Shown: one piece after another, positions 26,546-36,232 of the stretch
Layout: every line of letters starts with the position of its first letter
Position numbering within the stretch: the stretch's first letter is position 1
DNA from: Torpedo marmorata
Taxonomy: Eukaryota
Assembly (NCBI GenBank): GCA_977017645.1
Contig: OZ360234.1
Coordinates: 71,920,001 to 71,984,000 of the forward strand
Direction: 5' to 3'
DNA: 64,000 nt
Made by a program: the position numbers and the translations under genes
Notes under the pieces: generated by a model
Database searches by the model: none
What the model saw: only the letters and a program-made list of their open reading frames with translations
What the model was told of the DNA's origin: nothing

Positions 26546-26869
26546 CAACCACAGTTACCTTTAGCATTGGAAAATCTCCACTGGCAGTTATTCAGCCTCC
26601 AGGGGAGAACACGTAACCCCACCTTTCATCGACTCACTTTTACTACTGGACTTGCAAAAATGGTTCAATTCAACAAAGGATCCATAAACAGATCACTGCC
26701 ACTGAACCGTTGTGAAAGGAGGCAGACATTACTACCTTCTCAAGGGCAACTGTGGATCAGTTCATTCCCACACAGACTTGTCTATCCTCGGCCTCATCCA
26801 TTACGTCGGCAAGGACAAATGTAAACTCAAGGAACAACACATCATGCTCCTCCTGGACAATATTCAGAT

Positions 26870-27312
26870 CATAGAACACTACAGCACAGTACAGGCCCTT
26901 CAGCCCTCGATGTTGTGCTGACATATATATTCCTACCCAAAAAGTACTAAATCCTCCCTACCTCATAACCCTCAATTTTTCTTTCATCCATGTGCCTGTC
27001 TTGGAGTCTCTTAAATGCCCCTATTGTCCCAGCCTCTACCACCACCCCTGGCAAAGCCTTCCAGGCACCTACAACTCTCTGTGTAAAAGACTTACCCCTG
27101 ATGTCTCCCCTAAACTTTCCTCCCTTCACTTTGTACAGATGTCCTCTGGTGTTTGCTACTCCCGCCCTGGGAAAAAGACGCTGGCTACCCACCATATCTA
27201 TGCCTCTTAGAATCTTACAGACGTCTATTATGTCACCTCTCATTCTTCTACACTCCAAAGAGAAGAGTCCTAGCTTTCCTAACCTTGCCTCATAAGACTT
27301 ATGTTCCAATCC
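26870..27312 (-). mobile_element. CR1/HER1-like LINE 3' fragment
   Basis: ORF 26947..27309 SYEARLGKLGLFSLECRRMRGD...TRGHLYKV. Confidence 0.9.
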
Positions 27313-27757
27313 ATTTTTCCAATTTTAGGTAACCCCACCTCTGTCTGGTTCCAGTTTTCCCATCTCTTCTTTACCTAGTCCTGTTCTTAATTTTCTCTTT
27401 AATCTCCCCCCCCCACCCCACTTCTCCTGGTGGTCTCTCCCTCTGCCTGTCTCTCCCCCCTTCCACCTTAGCCTATCACCACTTATCCCTTCCCCTGCTT
27501 CTTCCCCCTCCTTATTTTTCCCCTTTGATGTACCTGATATCACCCCTTCACCCCTTTCTCAATAAAGGGCCTCAAGCAGCTTCTCATTGTTTGCAGGAGA
27601 AATTAATGCTGGCTATGTGAGTAATGTCCGTATGACATTAGATGAGAGTTTCAAGCTTGTTCAGCCATGTAAATAACTCACAGTCGATCTGCAGCATGAC
27701 TATGTTCTCTCATCATTTCCCCAAATTCCTTGATACATTCAGCCAATAAAGATCTTC

Positions 27758-28002
27758 GGGCGGCACGGTTAGAGTAGCGGTTAGTGCAACGTCTTTACAG
27801 TGCCAGCGATCGGGACCAGGGTTCGAATCCCGCGCTGTCTCTAAGGAGTTCTCCCCGTGTCTGCGTGGGCTTTCCCCGGGGGCTCCGGTTTCCTCCCACC
27901 ATTCAAAACATTCGGGGGTGTAGGTTAATGGGGTGTAAATTGGGCGGCAAGAGCTCGTGGGCCGAAATGGCCTGTTACCATGCTATATGTCTAAATTTAA
28001 AA
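27758..28002 (+). mobile_element. Near full-length V-SINE (HE1-like)
   Basis: GGGCGGCACGGTTAG...GGGTTCGAATCCC...GGCTCCGGTTTCCTCCCAC...AAATTT. Confidence 0.85.
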
Positions 28003-28617
28003 ATTTGTCAGTGAGAAATAGTTGTCAAAGGGTCTTACAACATAGAAGCAGCAGACCCTTCCTCCCATTGAACCACAGAACCATAGAACCATAGAACAGT
28101 ACAGCACAGAAACAGGACCTCGGCCCGTCTAATGATCTTTGTGATACAATAGACTTTGATGAAACTAAGGCCCCCACCAGCCCAATTCAGAAGACAATCA
28201 TGTGGTGCCAGGTCAAGTAAGGTTGACCAATATCTTTACCTCTCAAGATATTAGTGGACCAGGAGTAGTTCTGGAACATGTTTTATAGACTTTATTCAGA
28301 ATGTAATGGAATGAATTTAAAGTAGGACCGCTGCCTCAGTGCCCAGAGACAAAGGGTTCAATAATGACACCCAGTGCCATGTGAAGTTTACATGTTCTCC
28401 CTGTGACCACAGATTCCTAATGGCCATTTGAATTTGCACCCAGTGTGCAGGTGAGTGATGGAATCCAGAGGATTTTGATGGTCTGGTGGGAAAATAGGTT
28501 ATTGGGAAAATAATAATGATTGGGATTGCTCTAAGAGCTGGCACTGACATGGTAGACTGAATGGTCTACTTTTACCAAGTGAAATCTGAATGCACATCTC
28601 CAGTCTTTGGATTAGAA

Positions 28618-28751
28618 CAGTGGTTTTCAACCTTTTTCTTTCCACTCACATACCACCTTAAGTAATCCCTTACTAACCACAGAGCACCTCTGGCATCCTA
28701 TGGCATACTTAAGGTGGTATGTGAATGGGGGAAAAAGGTTGAGAACCACTG
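28618..28751. mobile_element. hAT (Charlie-like) palindromic MITE, 134 bp
   Basis: CAGTGGTTTTCAACC...GGTTGAGAACCACTG; arms pair over ~45 bp; 8-bp near-TSD GATTAGAA/GATTAGGA. Confidence 0.88.
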
Positions 28752-28853
28752 GATTAGGAGATGCCCCTGTGGTACCACACCGTGTAAAATGGCTCTGCTT
28801 CATTTTCAACCTCAACATCCCTCATAAGCGTAAATTCTGGCCAATTCACTCAC

Positions 28854-29846
28854 CTTGTGTTTCCGTTTGGTTTTAATGGCATTCTTATCTGTCACTGGCG
28901 AAGGAGATGGATAGTTGTGTTTGCTGTTGGACTGTCTAATCTCTGCCTTGTTGGATACAATCTCTTCTACTGATTGTCCGGGGATTCTTGATAAAAGATT
29001 GAGATCTAATTTCACCCAAAGTGATTTAATCTCCTCGTAGTCTCTCAGGGGGGATAGAAGTTCGTTCTGTGGGAGAGGGAGAGGTGAAAATGATTGTTCT
29101 TCCAAATCGATGGTCTCTTGGTCCAATGCTGTGCTCTCTGTGCAGACAGTGGGACAAGTGGTGATGCTGATGCAATCCTTCGGTTTCACCGAGTTGCCGG
29201 TCACAGTGTGAGGGGCCAGGGCTTTCCCCGCTGTGACCTCCTCGTGGTCCGTGTGTGAGTCCGATGAATCAGTCTCCACAAACTCTCTCGATTTCGGCAC
29301 AATCTTTCCTGGCACACGGTGCTTCTTCTTGTCCGCAGCGCTTGCTATGGTACTTCGTGACTCCTTCCTCAGTCCTGCCTTGCCACTGGCTGCTTTGACC
29401 TTGGCTTTAGATAGGTCGGCTGAGGCTCCTCGCCCATCTCTATCTTTGGGGGTGCCACTGGGGTTACTGGGCCGAAGCCAGGTGCGCTCCTCGACACTTG
29501 GAGTCCGTTCCACTCTCCTGGGCTGTGATTTGCCCGCAGTTCTTCTCTGTGGAGCTGGCTCGTTGTGCACAGGAGACTTCTGCTTCACTGGCTTCCCTTC
29601 CGGCACCTTCTGAGTGGACCTTGGTTTGGTTTTCTCCCTGATGGGACCAAGTAGGACCCGATCTTTGGAATCTGGTTGAGGCAATGGAAGAATGGGCTTC
29701 CCTTTGATCTGCTCTTGGTTGCTTTGGGATTGGGATCCACCGAGCCCCTCACAATCAGCTTGGCTGTTGATAATGGTCTTGCTGTGGGAGTTAACTTTGT
29801 TCAGCCATTTGTCCAGCTGCCACTTGTTGGTTGATGGTGGCTCAGG
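28854..29846 (-). CDS. AFF2: AFF2 large coding exon (approx. human exon 11), 993 nt, phase 0->0
   Basis: TCTCTGTCTCCCCAG|CCTGAGCCA...AAACACAAG|GTGAGT; open frame PEPPSTNKWQLDKWLNKV...KIVPKSREFVETDSS...LWVKLDLNLLSRIPG (AF9/ENL-binding motif of AFF proteins)...KTKRKHK. Includes ORF-track 28812..29684. Confidence 0.96.
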
Positions 29847-30696
29847 CTGGGGAGACAGAGAAGAAATTGTTACTTCATGTCAATGGAGTGCTGCTCCAAC
29901 AACCCTTCAACTGGGGAGAGTGTCGCTTGAATTGGGATGAGAATTGACCCTCTCCCACAATCTTTGCTACTTACTCCCCATATTCCCATTCAATATAGGA
30001 AGTCGTTCAGCCCATCCAGAGTCTATGCTGGACCATATAGCAAGCTCATTCCCTCACTGATATTGCCTGAAATCTATTTCCCTCAACTTCTCCCCCCCCT
30101 CCCTAAATTTCTACCACCCACTCCTCTCCATTGGCTCCATCAACACCTCCCTATGCCTTGGAAAAGCAGCCAACATCCCCAAGGACGCATCCCGCCCGAG
30201 CCACACTCTCTTCTCTCTCTTCCCATTGGGAAGAAGATACACGAGTATCAGATCACGCACCACTAGATCCAAGGACAGTTTCTTTCCAGCTGTTATCAGT
30301 TTCCTGAAGGAACCTCACCCGAGCAAAATAATATTGTCCTTACTCCATTCAAACTGATCTCTCACAGTAACCCTACTCTCTGCGCTGCACTGATGTGTCG
30401 ATAGACATGCTGGATAGCACGCAAAACAAACCTCTGCACATGTTCAAGATCAATTTCTCGTCATGTACAGAAGATACAGAAAAATATTTCTTGCAAAGGC
30501 AACAAGTCACCAAGTAATCCAGTGCCATTATTAAAACAATAAGGAGAAGCTGAAGAGAGTCACTTCAGAGACGTTGAGGGGCCGTGGATCTCATTGCCTT
30601 CTCCGATGTAGCCGCCTCCAGGGTCCCCCTCATGTACAGGTGACAATAAGCGTAACCTGCAGTTTGCTGGGAGTGTGTACGATTACCTGCGTTCAG

Positions 30697-31415
30697 TCTA
30701 TGGTGGAGTAAAAACACACAGAAATGCTGGAGGAACTCAATCGGTCTCGTAGCATCCATAGGAGGAAAATATATTTTACCGACGTTTCGGGCCTGAGCCC
30801 TTCTTCAAGGTATAGCAAAAAACAGGAAGGCATCTGAATAAAGACTGGAGAGAGAAAGGGGAAGGAGTCCAGACCAACAGACAAAAGGTGTTAATTGGAT
30901 GTGATAACAGGAAAGGTTAGGATTAATTTTGGCTCTGTGAAAGTAGACAGAGGGAAAAGGGAAGCGAGAGAGAGAGAGAGAGAGAGAGAGATGGAAGAAA
31001 GGCGACAGGGGGAAGAAGGGGAGGGGGTGTTTAGCGGAATCTAGAGGTTGATGTTAATGCCAGGGTACCCAGAGGGAAGATGAGGTGTTGTTCCTCCAAT
31101 TTGCAGGTGGTCTGGCAGTACATGGGACCATGGACAAACACGTCAGCACAGGAATGGAACGGGGAATTGAAATGGGTGGCAACTAGGAGATTGCTGCTAT
31201 TGCGGTGGAGAGCCAAGATGCTTAACAACGTGATCTCCCAGTCTGCACTCAGTCTCTCCGATGTAGAGGAGACCACAACGGGAGCACCGGATGCAGTCGA
31301 TGACCTCTGCAGATTCAAGGGAAGTGTTGCTTCACTTGGAAAGACTGTTTAGGGCCACAAATGGTGGAGAGGCAGGAGGTGTGGGTGCATGTCTTGCGAT
31401 CACAGGGGTCTCAGT
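30697..31415 (-). mobile_element. Penelope-like element 3' fragment (GIY-YIG remnant plus terminal repeat with hammerhead-like motif)
   Basis: ORF 31031..31318 VATHFNSPFHS...CKLEEQHLIFPLGTL; motif at 30777-30812; internal (GA)n. Confidence 0.75.
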
Positions 31416-32574
31416 CTATGGTGTGTCCCACAGGGAGCTAAAGAGGGAACACTTGAATTTCTTGCGGCAACTCAAGGCAATCTGATACATACATGGGAAT
31501 ACCAGCAACAGGCCATGCAAGAGAAGACCAGAATTCCTTCACAGCGTTCTCCTCTCCTGCTGTGAAATTTGTTGGAAGTGCAGTGGGAACAATCGTGTTG
31601 ACTGAGATCAACAGTCAGAATCAATGTCTTCCCATTTAGATCCAACTGTGAGAAAAGTGTTTGAGATATTGGAGAACTGACAGCTGTGTGCACAGGAGCC
31701 ATGCTCCCCTTGGTCGCCCAGTCTACCTTAGATTAGCAGCAAGTCTGAGAAGCGTACTTACACGGCACTATTAGCACCTGAATACCCAGGGTCATCTGTA
31801 TATATCTCCACTGAGATTTGGCTTTGAAAGGGCACCTACAATTCTCTGCCATTTGTAACTTCGGGGTAGGTCTCCCTTGTTACTCGTGGAAACTCTCAGA
31901 ATTCACTTCCCTCTGCTAAAACAATTATCTCATCCAATGCGTGGCTGCTGGCAGTTAAACATGCTAACGCTGCCAAACTAATGACAAACCTCATGCAAGC
32001 TAGGTTATTTTATTGATTAGAACATGGAGACAGGGTCAACGGATCCACCGCATAAAAACTGGAAATGCTGAAAATGAACAGCAAGTGAAGCATTTTCTCA
32101 GGACATGGAGACAGTTAATGTTCCAGATCAAAGGCTTCTCATCAGAACTTTAAGATATAGCGTATATCTTATAGAGTTCAAAGTTCAAAGTTAAGATTTA
32201 GCCATAAGACTCATACTACCAGTTTCAGGAATAGTTGCTACCCCTCCATCATTAGACACCTAAACAACAAACTCAATCAGAGGCTCATTTAAGGACTCTT
32301 ACTTTGCACATTATTTATTATTGAATATTTATTTTCTGTATTTGCACAGTCAGTTTGTTTGCATTTCTTTCTTTGTTTAAATTTCTCTCTTTTGTATACA
32401 TATCTTTTCTTGAGTACAGTTTTTTGCACTCCCGATAAGTAGAAATTCTGCCTGGCCTGCAGGAAAAAGAATCTCATGTGATGTCATGTATGTACTCTGA
32501 CAATAAACCTGAACTTTGTATGTCGTATAATGTTCTAGATCAAAGGCTTCTCATCAGAAATATAAGATGTAGCA

Positions 32575-32935
32575 TTTCAGATTATGAAGGGCATGGATAG
32601 GGTGGACAGTGGCACCTTTTTCCCAGGGCAGCAATGGCCAATTCCAGAGGACATCTGTTTAAGGTGAGGGGAGGTAGTTTAGGAGAGCAGTCAGAGGTAG
32701 ATCTTTTACATAGAGAGTGGTGGGTGCCTGGAATGCTTTGCCAGGGATGGTGGTAGAGGCTGGTACAATAGAGGCATTCAAAAGTCTCTTAGATAGGCAC
32801 ATGGATGTAAGAAAAATAGAGGGTTTTGGGTGTGAGGGAGGGGAAGGGTTAGATTGTTTGTGGCGTTGGTTTATATGGGTTGGTACAACATTATGGGCCA
32901 ATGGACCTACAATGTGCAGTTCTGTTCTATGTTCT
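32575..32935 (+). mobile_element. CR1/HER1-like LINE 3' fragment
   Basis: ORF 32717.. VVGAWNALPGMVVEAGTIEAFK; same subfamily as 26870-27312, 3125-3455 and 58995-59467. Confidence 0.88.
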
Positions 32936-33467
32936 AACTGGGTAAAGGAATGAGTAAGGGAGAGAAGGGGAGAGCTGTGATAGGGTGGAGGGCAGGAGGG
33001 ATTGGGTGATGCTCATGGGGTTGATGCTGGATGAGAGAGGGGATTTAAATACAGAGGAAGAGTAAATAGGAAATGAATGAAATCTGGAAAACCAGGAAGG
33101 AATCCTGATGAAAGGTTTTGGACCAAAACGTTGACTATTCTTTTCCTCCCACTGATGCTGCTCGACCTGCTGAGTTCTTCCAGCAGAGTATACTTGGCTT
33201 CCCATTCCAGCATCTGGAGTCTCTTGTGTGTCCCTTGGAATCAATGCCCTGACCAATGAAGGCAAAGGTGTGCCATATGCCTCCTTCACCATCCTGTCTA
33301 CTTGTGAGGGAACTCTCAGGGAACAATGTATCCCCAGGTCTCTCTGTTCTACAACACACTCCAGGGCCCGGTCATTCACTGAGTATGCTTGCCCTGGTGT
33401 CCGCCTTTAATGGAAGACCGGCCTGTGGCTGAGTGCAGCTCGTCTAATGAGATCGTACACCCCCTAC

Positions 33468-33633
33468 CTCTGGTGTTGCAGTGCGGGAAGCCTCGTTGCA
33501 TTCACTGTCGCTGGAGCTGCTTTCACTGTCCGAGTCGGATTCCGAACTGCTGCCAGAATCACTTGAGCTGCTGCACCCACCACTGGAGTGGCCAGAGGCT
33601 GCGCCGTGGGAATTCTGCAAAGCGCTGTTGCTG
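33468..33633 (-). CDS. AFF2: AFF2 coding exon (Ser-rich; approx. human exon 10), 166 nt, phase 2->0
   Basis: Minus strand CCCCACCCCAG|CAGCAAC...ACACCAGAG|GTAGGG; encodes SNSALQNSHG...SSSSDSGSSSESDSDSESSSSDSECNEASRTATPE, matching the AFF-family Ser-rich segment that precedes PEPPSTNKW. Acceptor is NAGNAG (33633 or 33630). Confidence 0.9.
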
Positions 33634-33735
33634 CTGGGGTGGGGGGGGGGAAAGAGGTGAGAGGGTTAACCGGACAGACCTGCCGATGTCCTGTTGTCAC
33701 GTCAGCTGAGGACCTGCAGAGAAATGGATATCTTG

Positions 33736-34086
33736 TAAAAACACAGAAATGTCGGAGGAACTCAGCCGATCTCGTAGCGTCCATAGGAGGTAAAGATATA
33801 TAACTGAAATTTCAGGCCTGAGCCCTTCCTCAAGGTATGGGAAAATGCAGGCAGGCACCTGAATAAAGGAAATGGCAGGGGGAGGAGTCTGAATAAAAGA
33901 AATGGCAGGGGGAGGATTTTATTCAGACGCTGCTTGCTTTTTCCCATACCTTGAAGAAAGGCTCAGGCCCGAAACATCAGTAATATATCATTACCTCCTA
34001 TGGACGCTGCGAGACCTGCTGAGTTCCTTCAGCATTTCTGGGTTTTTACTAAAATCACAGTGCCTGCAGACTTTCGTGTTTCACTC
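33736..34086. mobile_element. Inverted (hairpin) Penelope-derived insertion with 14-bp TSD
   Basis: AAATGGATATCTTG at 33722-33735 and 34087-34100; arms ~33736-33865 and ~33917-34048 are imperfect reverse complements. Confidence 0.85.
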
Positions 34087-34453
34087 AAATGGATATCTTG
34101 GCTCAAGTGAAGGAGAGTGGTGAGGTGGCAGAGTCTGTGGGCCTGCGGGCTCCTGGGAGGAGGTGGGTTCAGTTTGAATACCCCTGTGGAAAGTCAGCCA
34201 CTGAGCACTTTCCAAAACCTTGCAACTCCTCCCAGTTGCTCATCCCAAAGGTGCCACCACTCTTTCTCCACAAGAGAAGTGTCGGCTGGACAGATTCAAA
34301 GTAAAATGGTTAGACCCGTAACATGTGTCCAAGCAGAGTGAAATATTGCCCTGAGAATTCTTGATTTCATTTTACTGAATTAATTTTGAAGTGTTGCAGA
34401 TTAACATCAACAGACAAGTGTATAGCATAAAGAGAAAAAAGATGGAGGAACTC

Positions 34454-34592
34454 NNNNNNNNNNNNNNNNNNNNNNNNNNNNNNNNNNNNNNNNNNNNNNN
34501 NNNNNNNNNNNNNNNNNNNNNNNNNNNNNNNNNNNNNNNNNNNNNNNNNNNNNNNNNNNNNNNNNNNNNNNNNNNNNNNNNNNNNNNNNNNN
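34454..34592. other. Assembly gap (N run)
   Basis: Run of n. Confidence 1.
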
Positions 34593-35189
34593 TTCTCCAG
34601 CATTTTTGTGTTTTTACTCCAATCACAGTGTCTGCAGACCTTCACGTTTCACACCAAGTCTACAGCATACTTTTGTTTGAACTCAAGTTACCTCACAGCT
34701 TTGTAAAGCACAGAAACAGACCATCTCATCCAGCCAAAAGTGACGTCTATCTGTGCTAATCCTATTTGCCCTTACGCCTCCACATCCAAGTATGTGTCCA
34801 AATCCTTTTTAGATGTTGCAATTCTGTCCGACTCCAACACCTCTGTGCCTCAGACTGTCTAACCTCAGCTCTCAATGCTCATTTCGACATCATATGTCCA
34901 CGCTGCTCTCTCTGTTGATCATGCTCTGTGGTCAGGTTCTCTTCTACTGGTCACACCTTGTTGCAGTCGTAACAGAGTCACAGAGTCATGCAGTATGGAA
35001 ACAGATCATTCACAAGTCATGGGTTTAATCATGACTTCAGTTGCTGACCAGAAATGCAAAGATTCACTTTACAGTACAAGTTCAAGTTCAAATTTAAGTT
35101 TATTATCATCTGATGTATATGTATAACCAGACAAAACACCATTTCTCTGGACCACAGTGCACACACACGCACACACAATACACAGCTAC

Positions 35190-36232
35190 AAACTCTAGGC
35201 CTCTGTACCCACCTCTGCAACTGGATCCTTCACTTTCTCATCAGAAGACCACAGTCAGTACGAATTGGAAACAACGTCTCCTCCTCACTGATTATCAACA
35301 CAGGTGCACCCCAAGGATGCGTGCTTAGCCCACTGCTCTACTCATTATACACCCATGACTGTGTGGCCAGGCACAATTCCAATGCTATCTACAAGTTTGC
35401 CGATGACACCACAGTTGTCGGCAGAATCACAAACGGCAATGAGGAAGCGTACAGGAGGGAGATAGATCAGCTCGTTGAATGGTGTAACGACAACAACCTT
35501 GAGCTCAACGTCAGCAAAACCAAGGAGATGATTGTGGACTTCAGGAGGAAGTCAGGGGAACATCACCCAGTCCTCATCGAGGGCTCAGTAGTGGACAGGG
35601 TCAAGAACTTCAAATTCCTGGGTGTCAACATCTCTGAAGACCTGTCCTGGAGCATCCATGTTGATGCAATCACAAAGAAGGCTCGCCAGCGGCTATACTT
35701 TGTGAGGTGTCTGAGGAGATTCGGTATGTCACCGAAGACTCTCGTAAACTTCTACAGGTGTACCATGGACAGTATTCTGGCTGGTTGCATCACTGCCTGG
35801 TATGGAGGCGCCAACTCCCAGGTCAAGAATAAATTCTAGAGGGTTGTTAACTTGGCCTGCGCCATCACAGTCACCAGACTTCACTCCATCGAGGACATCT
35901 ACATGAGGCGGTGTCTTAAAAAAGCAGCCTCTATCCTCAAAGACCCCCACCACCCAGGCCATGCCCTCTTCACTCTGCTACCATCGGGAAAAAGGTACAG
36001 GAGCCTAAAGACGAGCACTCAACGGCACAATAACAGCTTCTTCCCCGCTGCCATCAGATTCCTGAATAATCAATGAACCAAAGACACTGCCTTACTTTTC
36101 GTGCACTATTATTTTTATTTTTTATAGTAATGTCGTAAGATGGTTATAATATGAATGTTTGCACTATGATGCTGCAGCAAAACACCGAATTTCATGACTT
36201 GTTCATGCCAATAAATTCTGATTGTGATTCTG
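35190..36232 (+). mobile_element. 5'-truncated Rex1/Babar-like LINE (RT C-terminal half plus 3'UTR), nested in an older minus-strand LINE 3' end (~35075-36470)
   Basis: [20 protein letters not shown]...[11 protein letters not shown] (RT catalytic motif); in-frame stop at ~35837; (ATTCTG) tail. The flanks rejoin to match the element at 41860-42200. Confidence 0.9.

Noticed and set aside
27758-27835. tRNA gene
   Set aside because: The A/B boxes belong to a tRNA-derived SINE head that continues into the V-domain and is repeated many times; no full cloverleaf.
29233-29613. 126-aa plus-strand ORF (also 20547..20924 and 24793..25110)
   Set aside because: Antisense shadows of real AFF2 exons.
34367-34759. 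ORFs spanning N runs (also 51585-51876)
   Set aside because: Artefacts of gap translation.
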